24,000 bases of DNA from Alphaproteobacteria bacterium (GTDB taxonomy: Bacteria > Pseudomonadota > Alphaproteobacteria > Reyranellales > JAQSWP01): positions 1-24,000 of the forward strand of contig JBBCJW010000097.1 in assembly GCA_037190765.1 (NCBI GenBank), given 5' to 3'. The notes below the pieces were generated by a model. It saw nothing but the letters and a program-made list of their open reading frames with translations, was not told the origin of the DNA and made no database searches. Both the position numbers and the translations under genes were made by a program. This document shows, piece by piece, positions 14,550 through 22,114 of the stretch. Each line of letters starts with the position of its first letter. Within the stretch, counting starts at the first letter, position 1.

Positions 14550-14625
14550 GGGCATCGATGCCCCTCACCTTCCCGTCGCTGACGCGACGGGCCCCTTCCT
14601 CTCCCCGTTGGCACGGGGAGAGGAA
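14550..14625. repeat. Cluster of three GC-rich perfect palindromes (REP-like)
   Basis: gggcatcgatgccc lies at 14550-14563. cccgtcgc-tgac-gcgacggg lies at 14572-14591. ttcctctccccgt-tggc-acggggagaggaa lies at 14596-14625 and forms a 13-bp stem. Confidence 0.8.
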
Positions 14626-14633
14626 AACAATCC

Positions 14634-15443
14634 TCAACTGTAGCTCTTCGCCAGGCCCTCGGCCGGGTCCATGGTGGCGCCGTAGGGCGGGATCGGGTAG
14701 CGCAGGCCGTTCTTCGACAGCCAGGCCAGGCCGGTGACGCCCATGACGAATTCGTCCGGCGGACAGGCCATCAGCAGCTCGTCGTCGGCAACGCCGCCAT
14801 AGCGGCGCTCGGCGAAGCACGGCAGCGACAGCGAGGTCTGCTTGGTCGCCAGCGCCCGGCCCCAGGAATCGGCGCACGCGCTCTCGCCGGTGATGGAGAA
14901 TTCGTAGCGCCTGTAGCGTTTGTGCTGCAGGCCGTTGACGAACAGGATCATCTGCGCCGGGTTGGCGTAGAACAGGCAGATGTCGGGCGGATCGAGCCGG
15001 GCGGTGCGCAAGGGGGCGGCGGCCAGGCCCTTGTGGCCGGCGGGCTTCACCCGCGGCATCTGCTCCTGGTGCAGGCGGGCGGCCTCCTGGTTGGCGAACC
15101 AGACGCCGTTCATGCGCTTGCCGTTCATGTAGTCCTCGTCCGGCGTGTCGAAACCGATCACCGCGCTGCAGTTGGAGCCGGATCGCACGTTGTCGATGGT
15201 GATGCCCAAGGTGAAGCCGTGGATGCGCGCCTGGGTGACGAGCTGGCAGGTGGAGAACTGCTTGCCCTTGGTCGGCGTGCGGATCGAGGGGATCTGCATC
15301 ATCTCCTCGACCGAGGCGAAGTGCTTCATGCCGATCGGCAGCGTCCGCAGCTTCAGCAGGTCGACGAGCTGGTCGGCCGCCTGCTTGATGCTGGCTGCCG
15401 TGATCGGGGTTTCCGCTGCCGTTGCCGCCGCCTGTGCGCTCAT
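14634..15443 (-). CDS. DUF169-like protein (COG2043-type), function unknown
   Basis: The N-terminal LKLRTLPIGMKHF, followed by ...FSTCQLVTQARIHG...SNCSAVIGF, resembles the DUF169 pattern (PVAVKF...CQ...AR..G...C). AGGAGG precedes the ATG at 15443. Confidence 0.5.
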   Translation of the reverse strand: MSAQAAATAAETPITAASIKQAADQLVDLLKLRTLPIGMKHFASVEEMMQIPSIRTPTKGKQFSTCQLVTQARIHGFTLGITIDNVRSGSNCSAVIGFDTPDEDYMNGKRMNGVWFANQEAARLHQEQMPRVKPAGHKGLAAAPLRTARLDPPDICLFYANPAQMILFVNGLQHKRYRRYEFSITGESACADSWGRALATKQTSLSLPCFAERRYGGVADDELLMACPPDEFVMGVTGLAWLSKNGLRYPIPPYGATMDPAEGLAKSYS

Positions 15444-15478
15444 GGGTTCCTCCTACTTTCGTGTAATTGGATTCTTTG

Positions 15479-15650
15479 GTCTCGCTTGCCGCACACCCTC
15501 ATCCGGGCTTCGCCCACCTTTTCCCGCAAGCGGGAGAAGGGTGTGAAACGAGCGAGACCTCTCTCATTGCGCCCTTCTCCCGCTTGCAGGAGAAGAGCCT
15601 GCCCTGAGCGAAGTCGAAGGGTGCCCGAAGGGCGGATGAGGGTGCCCTCC
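15479..15650. repeat. Composite GC-rich REP: two inverted copies of a modular element (CCCTTCTCCCGCTTGC.GGA.AAG ... CGAAG..CGGATGAGGGTG)
   Basis: cacaccctcatccgggcttcgcccacc (15492-15518) is inverted against ggtgcccgaagggcggatgagggtg (15620-15644). Inner hairpins lie around ttttcccgc-aa-gcgggagaa and cttctcccgcttgcaggagaag. ggtctcgct (15479) pairs with agcgagacc (15551). Confidence 0.8.
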
Positions 15651-16439
15651 TCAGATCACCTGCTTCAGCGCCGCCAGCGTCTCGTCCGGCCGTTCCGTCA
15701 TCATCATGTGGCCGCAGCCCTTGATCACCACCGTCTTCGAGCCGGCGATCCTGTCGGCCAGCGCCTTTGCCTTGGGCGCCGGCGTCATCTGGTCGCCGTC
15801 GCCCAGCACGAAGATGGTGGGGCAGCGCACCTGCTCGGCCGCCGCCAGCGCGCCCTGGTAGTCGTTGCAGGCCGCCATGTCGACGCCGATCGAGCCGGGA
15901 GTGGAGCGCTCGGTCACGCGCAGCACCTCGCCGGTCAGCCACAGGCCCGGCGACTTCATGCCGCCAAGCTGCATCGGCCGGCCGATGCCCCAGTTGGCGA
16001 TCAGCTCCATCGACTTGTGCTGGTGCTTGTGGGCGGCGTCCAGCAGTTCGGGATGCACCGGCATGGTGGTGGCCACGCCCAGCAGCGCCAGCGCCCAGAC
16101 GCGGTCGGGATGCGAGGCCGCCGCCTGAAGTGCTGTCAGCGCGCCCATCGAGTGGCCGACCAGCGCCGCCTTCTCCACCTTGGCCGCATCGAGCAGCCTG
16201 GGCACGAAATCGGCCAGCGCCTGAATCGAGGTCAGCGGCGTGCCGCCCGATCTTCCATGGCCCGGCAGATCGACCGCCAGCACCGAGCGGCCGTGATAGG
16301 CGAAATAGCGCGTCTGCAGGCGCCAGGCGGTGCGGTCGTTGCCGGCGCCGTGGATGAAGACGATGGCCGGCAGGTTGGGATCGAAGTCCCGGCCGCCGGT
16401 GGCGGCGAAAATGGTGTGGCCGTCGACGGTGAGTTCCAT
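15651..16439 (-). CDS. Alpha/beta-fold hydrolase
   Basis: IVFIHGAGND, LPGHGRS, the nucleophile elbow GHSMG and a C-terminal GCGHMMM (His) are present. The gene lies 6 nt downstream of the metY stop. Confidence 0.8.
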   Translation of the reverse strand: MELTVDGHTIFAATGGRDFDPNLPAIVFIHGAGNDRTAWRLQTRYFAYHGRSVLAVDLPGHGRSGGTPLTSIQALADFVPRLLDAAKVEKAALVGHSMGALTALQAAASHPDRVWALALLGVATTMPVHPELLDAAHKHQHKSMELIANWGIGRPMQLGGMKSPGLWLTGEVLRVTERSTPGSIGVDMAACNDYQGALAAAEQVRCPTIFVLGDGDQMTPAPKAKALADRIAGSKTVVIKGCGHMMMTERPDETLAALKQVI

Positions 16440-16445
16440 GGCGGC

Positions 16446-17741
16446 TCAACCCTTCTGCGACGCCTTGAGCGCCTGGCCCAGGTCGTCGATGAGATCGTCG
16501 GCGTCCTCCAGCCCGACCGAGAGGCGGATCATCGCCTCGCCGATGCCGGCCTGCGCCAGGGCCGCCGCATCCATCTGCTGGTGCGTGGTCGAGGCGGGAT
16601 GGATCACCAGCGACTTGGCGTCGCCGACATTGGCCAGGTGCGAGAACAGCCGCAGCTTCTCGATGAAGCGGCGGCCCGCATCGCGCCCGCCCTTGATGTC
16701 GAAGCTGAACACCGCGCCGCAACCCTTGGGCAGCAGCCTGCCCGCCAGCGCATGGTCGGGATGGTCGGGCAGTTCGGGATAGGACACTTTCTCGACCTGC
16801 GGTGCGGCCTTGAGGAAGGCCACGATCTTGCGCGTGTTCTCCATGTGGCGCGCCATGCGCACCGGCAGGGTCTCCAGCCCCTGCAGCAGGTAGAAGGCGT
16901 TCTGCGGCGACAGGCAGGCGCCGAAATCGCGCACGCCCTCGGCCCGGGCGCGCATGACGAAGGCGTGCGGGCCGAACTCCTCGGCGAAATCCAGCCCGTG
17001 ATAGCCGGCATAGGGTTCGGTCAGGGTCGGGAACTTGCCCGACCGCTCCCAGTCGAACGTGCCGCCATCGACCAGCACGCCGCCGATGGCGATGCCATGG
17101 CCGCCGATGAATTTGGTGGCGGAGTGGAACACCAAGTCGGCGCCATGCGCGATCGGCCGGCACAGGAACGGGGTCGCGAAGGTGTTGTCGATCAGCAGCG
17201 GCAAGCCGTGCTCATGGGCGATCTGCGACACGGTCGGGATGTCGAGGATCTCCAGGCCGGGATTGCCCAGGGTCTCGCCGAACACCAGCCGCGTTTCGGG
17301 CCGGATGGCCTGGCGGAAGGCCTCCGGGTCGCGCGGGTTGACGAAGGTGGTGGTGATGCCGAAGCGCGGCATTGTATGGGTCAGCATATTGTGGCTGCCG
17401 CCATAGATCGAGGCCGAGGCCACGATGTGGCCGCCCGCCCCCATCAGGGTGGCGATGGCCAGATGCAGGGCGGCCTGGCCCGAGGCGGTCGCCACCGCGC
17501 CGGACGCACCTTCGAGGGCGGCGATCCGCTCCTCGAACACCGCCACGGTCGGGTTGGAGATGCGGCTGTAGATATGGCCGCCCACCTCCAGGTTGAACAG
17601 GCTGGCGGCATGCTCGGTGTCGCGAAAGACGTAGGACGTCGTCTGGTAGATCGGCACGGCGCGCGAGCCGTGCTCGGCGTCGGGCTGCTGGCCGGCATGC
17701 AGCGCCAGCGTGTCGAATTTTATGAATTTGGCGTCGACCAT
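16446..17741 (-). CDS. metY: O-acetylhomoserine sulfhydrylase (PLP-dependent, Cys/Met metabolism family)
   Basis: FDTLALHAGQ..., PIYQTTSYVF, RISNPT and the PLP-lysine motif HSATKFIGGHG are present. The 431-aa size is typical for MetY. Confidence 0.9.
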   Translation of the reverse strand: MVDAKFIKFDTLALHAGQQPDAEHGSRAVPIYQTTSYVFRDTEHAASLFNLEVGGHIYSRISNPTVAVFEERIAALEGASGAVATASGQAALHLAIATLMGAGGHIVASASIYGGSHNMLTHTMPRFGITTTFVNPRDPEAFRQAIRPETRLVFGETLGNPGLEILDIPTVSQIAHEHGLPLLIDNTFATPFLCRPIAHGADLVFHSATKFIGGHGIAIGGVLVDGGTFDWERSGKFPTLTEPYAGYHGLDFAEEFGPHAFVMRARAEGVRDFGACLSPQNAFYLLQGLETLPVRMARHMENTRKIVAFLKAAPQVEKVSYPELPDHPDHALAGRLLPKGCGAVFSFDIKGGRDAGRRFIEKLRLFSHLANVGDAKSLVIHPASTTHQQMDAAALAQAGIGEAMIRLSVGLEDADDLIDDLGQALKASQKG

Positions 17742-17743
17742 CG

Positions 17744-17782
17744 TTTCTCCCTCTGGGAGAAAGACTAGCGCGCCCCTTCTCC
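17744..17782 (-). promoter_or_regulatory. metY leader: SD-sequestering hairpin plus an upstream competing segment
   Basis: The mRNA reads ...GGAGAAG GGGCGCGCUAGUC UUUCUCCC AGA GGGAGAAA CG AUG. An 8-bp hairpin buries the SD. The upstream GGAGAAG (17782-17776) can pair with UUUCUCC instead. Confidence 0.4.
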
Positions 17783-17817
17783 AGCGTCACCCCCGAGGGC
17801 GATGCGTAAGAGAAGAA

Positions 17818-17935
17818 AACCACAGAGGCACAGAGACACGGAGTTCAGGCCTGCCGTCTCTGTGCCTCTGTGTCTCTGTGGTTGATCTTGTTGGCCCGAT
17901 AGACCCCCGCTCGCGCTCCGCTTGGCGGGGGTGAC
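17818..17935 (-). repeat. MITE/REP-like element, copy 2 (inverted relative to copy 1)
   Basis: aaccacagaggcacagagacacggag (17818-17843) is inverted against ccgtctctgtgcctctgtgtctctgtggtt (17853-17882). The reverse complement of 17883-17935 (gtcacccccgcc...gcggggg...caagatcaaccacagag) matches the left module of copy 1. Confidence 0.8.
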
Positions 17936-17937
17936 GG

Positions 17938-17970
17938 CAAAAGGAAAAACGCCGCCCGAAGAGCGGCGCT
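17938..17970 (-). terminator. Rho-independent terminator of the peroxiredoxin gene
   Basis: On the minus strand, CGCCGC-tcttcgg-GCGGCG is followed by TTTTTCCTTTT. Confidence 0.8.
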
Positions 17971-17993
17971 TTATTCGTTCTAAAGGAGCGCCG

Positions 17994-18650
17994 TCACTTC
18001 GGTTGCGGCACGATGCGGATATAGGGGCGCGGGGCTTTCCAGCCGTTGGGGTAGATTTTCTTGGCTTCCTCGTCGTTGACCGAGCCGGCGATGATGACGT
18101 CCTCGCCCTGCTTCCAGTTCACCGGCGTCGCCACCCGGTGCTTGGCGGTGAGCTGCAGGCTGTCGATCACCCGCAGCACCTCGTCGAAGTTGCGGCCCGT
18201 GGTCATGGGATAGACGATCAGCAGCTTGATCTTCTTGTCGGGGCCGATGACGAAGACGTTGCGCACCGTCTGATTGTCGGCCGCCGTGCGCACGCCGTCG
18301 GGCGAGGCGGCGGCGGGCAGCATGCCGTACATCTTCGACACTTTCAGGTCGGCGTCGCCGATCATCGGATAGTTGGGCTCGTGGCCCTGCGTCTCCTTGA
18401 TGTCCAGGGCCCACTTTGAGTGCGCGTCGACCGGATCGACGCTGAGCCCGATCAGCTTGACGTTGCGCCTGTCGAACTCCGGCTTCAGGCGGGCCATGTA
18501 GCCCAGCTCGGTGGTGCAGACCGGGGTGAAGTCCTTGGGATGGGAGAACAGGACGCACCAGGAATCGCCGATCCAGTCATGGAACTTGATCGTGCCGTGG
18601 GTGGTCTCGGCCGTGAAATCGGGCGCCGTATCGCCAATCGCGAATGCCAT
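17994..18650 (-). CDS. 1-Cys peroxiredoxin (Prx6-like)
   Basis: MAFAIGDTAPDFTAETTHG...WCVLFSHPKDFTPVCTTELG fits the family and the 218-aa size is typical. The ATG at 18650 is preceded by AAGGAGG. The track ORF carries a spurious 61-aa extension. Confidence 0.9.
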   Translation of the reverse strand: MAFAIGDTAPDFTAETTHGTIKFHDWIGDSWCVLFSHPKDFTPVCTTELGYMARLKPEFDRRNVKLIGLSVDPVDAHSKWALDIKETQGHEPNYPMIGDADLKVSKMYGMLPAAASPDGVRTAADNQTVRNVFVIGPDKKIKLLIVYPMTTGRNFDEVLRVIDSLQLTAKHRVATPVNWKQGEDVIIAGSVNDEEAKKIYPNGWKAPRPYIRIVPQPK

Positions 18651-18774
18651 TGCGGTCCTCCTTGTCTGTGAGGCGTCAATCCAAGCAGTATTCCCGTGCC
18701 GGATCAACGGCGGCCGCGTGACGGAACCCCTACGGTTTTCGGGGGTTAGGCTTGTGCGGCCGCCCCTAGCTTGC

Positions 18775-19692
18775 ATGCCCCGACCCATGTTCAGACTGAC
18801 CGATTCCCAACGCCGTCTCGCCAGCCGCCTCAACCGCTACGCCAATCCCTGGCTCAAGGCGGTGGGGGAGATGATCCGCAACGGCGGCTTCGAGCTGTCG
18901 GGCCACCTGGCCTTCACCGCCTTCCTGGCGCTGTTCCCGTTCCTGATCTTCCTCGCCGCCCTGTTCGGCCTGCTGGGCGACGAGGCCTCGGCGCAGACCC
19001 TGGTCGACTTCATGTTCCGCTTCGCGCCGGAGGACGTGGCGCAGACCCTATCCGGCCCGATCTTCTCGGTCATGCTGGCGCGCCACGGCGATCTGCTGAC
19101 CTTGGGCATCCTGGGCACGCTGTGGACCGCGTCGAGCTGGTTCGAGGCCATGCGGCTGGCGCTGAACCGGGCCTACGAGATCGAGGAGACGCGGCCGGTG
19201 TGGCAGCGGCGGCTGCAGAGCGTGCTGCTGGTGGTGGGATCGGCCGTGGTGCTGCTGCTGGCCTCCAGCCTGATCGTGCTGGGACCGATCGCGTGGAAAC
19301 TGGTCGAGCGCATCGTGCCGCTCGGGCCGGGCGTCGGCGTGGCCTGGGACGTCACGCGCTACGTGATCGGCGCGCTGCTGTTCGGCGGCTTCCTGATGGC
19401 GCTGCACCAGTACCTGCCGCCGCTGCGCCAGCGCTGGCGCGACCTGCTGCCGGGGGTGGCCGTGACGCTGGTGTTCTGGCTCGCCGTTTCGACCGGGCTG
19501 TCGATCTACCTGTCCTTCGCCGGCCACTACGATTCGACCTATGGCGCGCTGGGCGGCGTGGTCATCACCCTGCTGTTCTTCTACAGCGCCGCCGCCGTCT
19601 TCATCTTCGGCGCCGAACTGAACGACGCCTACCGCAAGCGCCGCCAGACGCAGCCGGCGGCGGTAGCCGAATCCACCTCATCATCCTCGTAG
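18775..19692 (+). CDS. YihY/BrkB-family inner-membrane protein
   Basis: It is a multi-TM protein with GHLAFTAFLALFPFLIFL, and the C-terminal GALGGVVITLLFFYSAAAVFIFGAELN is typical of YihY/virulence factor BrkB. The start is ATG 18775 or 18787. Confidence 0.75.
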   Translation: MPRPMFRLTDSQRRLASRLNRYANPWLKAVGEMIRNGGFELSGHLAFTAFLALFPFLIFLAALFGLLGDEASAQTLVDFMFRFAPEDVAQTLSGPIFSVMLARHGDLLTLGILGTLWTASSWFEAMRLALNRAYEIEETRPVWQRRLQSVLLVVGSAVVLLLASSLIVLGPIAWKLVERIVPLGPGVGVAWDVTRYVIGALLFGGFLMALHQYLPPLRQRWRDLLPGVAVTLVFWLAVSTGLSIYLSFAGHYDSTYGALGGVVITLLFFYSAAAVFIFGAELNDAYRKRRQTQPAAVAESTSSSS

Positions 19693-19700
19693 GACGCACA

Positions 19701-19791
19701 CCATCCTCCTCATCCTGAGCCCGTCGAAGGATGAGTTACAAACGCGGTGCGTGAAGCTCATGCTTCGACGAGCTCAGCCTGAGGAGGGTGG
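19701..19791. repeat. Inverted pair of 35-nt REP modules (CCAYCCTCCTCA..CTGAGC.CGTCGAAG.ATGAG) between convergent genes
   Basis: Positions 19701-19735 match the reverse complement of 19757-19791 at 30 of 35 positions by hand alignment. The left arm contains its own small hairpin (ctcatcct...aggatgag). The CTGAGC..GTCGAAGG module also occurs at 15603-15620. Confidence 0.8.
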
Positions 19792-19813
19792 TTTGTTGCG
19801 GCGGCGTTAAGAA

Positions 19814-20599
19814 CTACTGCGCCGTCCAGCCGCCGTCGATGGAATAGGCCGCGCCGGTCATGTTGTCGGCCGCCTTGGAGCACAGGAACAGCGCCAGGCC
19901 GGCGATCTGCTCGGGGGTGGTGAATTTGTGGCTGGCCTGCTTCTCCGCCACCAGCGCCTTGCTTTCCTGCTCCACGCTGGTCTTGTTGGCGGCCGCCCGC
20001 GCCTCGATCTGTTTCTGCACCAGCGGCGTCAGCACCCAGCCGGGGCAGATGGCATTGCAGGTGACGCCGGTATTGGCCGTCTCCAGCCCCACCACCTTGG
20101 TCAGGCCGACCACGCCGTGCTTGGCGGCGACATAGGCGACCTTGTTGGGCGAGGCCACCAGCCCATGGGCGGAGGCGACGTTGATGATGCGGCCCCAGCC
20201 CTTCTTCTTCATCGCCGGCAGGGCGGCGCGGACGGTGTGGAAGGAGGAACACAGGTTGATGGCGATCACCGCGTCCCAGCGGTCGAGGGGGAACTCCTCG
20301 ATCGGGGCGGTGTGCTGGATGCCGGCATTGTTGACCAGCACGTCGACCGCGCCGAAGCGCCGCTCGGCCTTGGCGATCATGGCGGCGATCTCGTCCGGCT
20401 TGCTCATGTCGGCGCCGTCGTAGGTCACCGCCACCTTGCACTTTTCCTCCAGCCCGGCGCGCAGCTTCTCGATCTCGGCCGCATCGCCGAACCCGTTCAG
20501 CACCAGATTGGCGCCCTCGGCGGCGAAGGCCTCGGCGATGCCCAGGCCGATGCCGCTGGTCGAGCCGGTGACCAGAACCGTCTTGCCCTTCATGCTCAT
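19814..20599 (-). CDS. bdhA: D-beta-hydroxybutyrate dehydrogenase (classical SDR)
   Basis: TGSTSGIGLGIA, NNAG and the catalytic YVAAKHG are present. The BdhA-like stretches IINVASAHGLVASPNKVAYVAAKHGVVGLTK and CPGWVLTPLVQKQI support the call. AAGGAG precedes the ATG. Confidence 0.85.
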   Translation of the reverse strand: MSMKGKTVLVTGSTSGIGLGIAEAFAAEGANLVLNGFGDAAEIEKLRAGLEEKCKVAVTYDGADMSKPDEIAAMIAKAERRFGAVDVLVNNAGIQHTAPIEEFPLDRWDAVIAINLCSSFHTVRAALPAMKKKGWGRIINVASAHGLVASPNKVAYVAAKHGVVGLTKVVGLETANTGVTCNAICPGWVLTPLVQKQIEARAAANKTSVEQESKALVAEKQASHKFTTPEQIAGLALFLCSKAADNMTGAAYSIDGGWTAQ

Positions 20600-20629
20600 G
20601 TAACGCTCCTTGGCGGCGGCGCGGTGCGC

Positions 20630-20818
20630 CTACTTTTTGAACAATGCGGCGGCGGCGGAACCATGCGCCTGCTTGGCCGCGATCTTCTCGCGCACGCGCT
20701 TTATCTCCGCTTCCATGTTGGCGACGTACTCGTTCAGTTCCTCGATCGAGAGCGAATCGAGTTCGCGCGGCTTGGGCTTCTTGCGCAGCGGTTCCAGATC
20801 GTCGGTGTCGATCGGCAT
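20630..20818 (-). CDS. DUF1192-family small protein
   Basis: The 62-aa product MPIDTDDLEPLRKKPKPRELDSLSIEELNEYVANMEAEIKRVREKIAAKQ is typical of alphaproteobacterial DUF1192. The remainder of the 290-aa track ORF is antisense to the qor-like gene. Confidence 0.75.
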   Translation of the reverse strand: MPIDTDDLEPLRKKPKPRELDSLSIEELNEYVANMEAEIKRVREKIAAKQAHGSAAAALFKK

Positions 20819-20911
20819 GCGGCCCTCCTGCTTTTCGCGGTTGCGAGTGTGTCCCTGCGGCGCTAGACGATCAAGGCGAGGTTTGCCGCACGTTCCGGGA
20901 GAGAAACAATC

Positions 20912-21922
20912 ATGACAGCCGAGACACTGCCCGCCACCATGCTGGCCATGGAAATCAGCACGCCGGGCGGGCCGGAAGTGCTGAAAGCCAATCCCGACCG
21001 GCCCCTGCCGGCGCTGAAACCCTACGACGTGCTGATCGAGGTGGCGGCCGCCGGCGTCAACCGGCCCGACCTGATGCAGCGCGCCGGCCGCTACAACCCG
21101 CCACCGGGCGCCTCCGACCTGCCCGGCTTGGAAGTCGCCGGCCGCATCGTGGCGCTGGGCGGCGACGTCACCCAGTGGCAGATCGGCGACGAGGTCTGCG
21201 CGCTGACGCCCGGCGGCGGCTATGCGCAGTACTGCGCCGCGCCGGGCTCGCACTGCCTGCCGATCCCCAAGGGCCTGAGCCTGCTGCAGGCGGCGATGCT
21301 GCCGGAGACCTACTTCACCGTCTGGACCAACGTCTTCGACCGGGCGCGGCTGCGCAAGGGCGAGAGCATCCTGGTGCATGGCGGCGCCTCCGGCATCGGC
21401 ACGGCGGCGATCCAGCTCGCCCATGCCTGGGGCTGCACCGTCCATGCCACGGTCGGCGACGACGCCAAGAAGGATGCCTGCCTCAAGCTGGGCGCCAGCC
21501 ACGTCATCAACTACAAGACCGAGGATTTCGTCGCCGCCATCGCCGAGCAGACCGGCGGCAGGGGCGTCGACGTGGTGCTGGACATGGTGGCCGGTCCCTA
21601 TATCGAGAAGAACATCGACTGCCTGGCACCCGAAGGCCGGCTATCGGTGATCGCCGTGCAGGGCGGTGCCCAGGCCACGTTCAACGTCGCCAAGCTGATG
21701 GCCGGCCGCAAATGGATCACCGGCTCGATGCTGCGGCCGCAGACGGTCGAAGCCAAGGCGGCGATGGCGGCGGCGCTGAAGGAGCATATCTGGCCGCTGC
21801 TGGAGGCCGGCACGGTCAAGCCGGTGCTGTTCAAGACCTTCCCCCTGCACCAGGCCGATGCCGCCCATGCCGAGCTGGAAGCGGGCAAGCATATCGGCAA
21901 GATCATGCTGTCGGTGCGATAG
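20912..21922 (+). CDS. qor: NAD(P)H:quinone oxidoreductase (zeta-crystallin/PIG3-type MDR)
   Basis: VLIEVAAAGVNRPDLMQRAGRYNPPPGASDLPGLEVAGRIVALG and ILVHGGASGIGTAAIQLA are present, with no Zn-binding Cys/His motif. The RBS is GGGAGAG. Confidence 0.85.
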   Translation: MTAETLPATMLAMEISTPGGPEVLKANPDRPLPALKPYDVLIEVAAAGVNRPDLMQRAGRYNPPPGASDLPGLEVAGRIVALGGDVTQWQIGDEVCALTPGGGYAQYCAAPGSHCLPIPKGLSLLQAAMLPETYFTVWTNVFDRARLRKGESILVHGGASGIGTAAIQLAHAWGCTVHATVGDDAKKDACLKLGASHVINYKTEDFVAAIAEQTGGRGVDVVLDMVAGPYIEKNIDCLAPEGRLSVIAVQGGAQATFNVAKLMAGRKWITGSMLRPQTVEAKAAMAAALKEHIWPLLEAGTVKPVLFKTFPLHQADAAHAELEAGKHIGKIMLSVR

Positions 21923-22000
21923 CGCCGGGTCGGGCGACGGAAACCGCAGGATTGCGACCGGAAATTGAAATTTAATTTCCACAATTTCGGCTTTGCCGCT

Positions 22001-22029
22001 TTGACCCCGGTCGGCCGGTCCCCTATATA
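22001..22029 (+). promoter_or_regulatory. Near-consensus sigma70 promoter TTGACC-N17-TATATA for the TrcR-like gene
   Basis: Hexamers lie at 22001-22006 and 22024-22029 with a 17-nt spacer counted by hand. They are preceded by a conspicuously AT-rich block. Confidence 0.55.
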
Positions 22030-22114
22030 AACCTCGGAATTCCTTAACATTCCGGGGTGGCTGTTCCCCGCGCTTTACGCGCGGTGCGAAGCCATACCCG
22101 CAAGGGAGCAGACC

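Noticed and set aside
14922-17768. 948-aa ORF on the plus strand
   Set aside because: It spans the antisense of three well-supported minus-strand genes (DUF169, alpha/beta hydrolase, metY) and even crosses the REP-filled intergenic region. The product is a low-complexity G/R/A/H-rich translation.
17742-17817. SAM-II riboswitch call upstream of metY
   Set aside because: I could not align the leader to the SAM-II consensus from memory and cannot run a covariance model. I report it only as an SD-sequestering alternative-structure candidate.
21971-21990. CtrA box (TTAA-N7-TTAAC) upstream of the TrcR-like gene
   Set aside because: A TTAA half-site is present, but the partner at N7 reads AATT, not TTAA(C).
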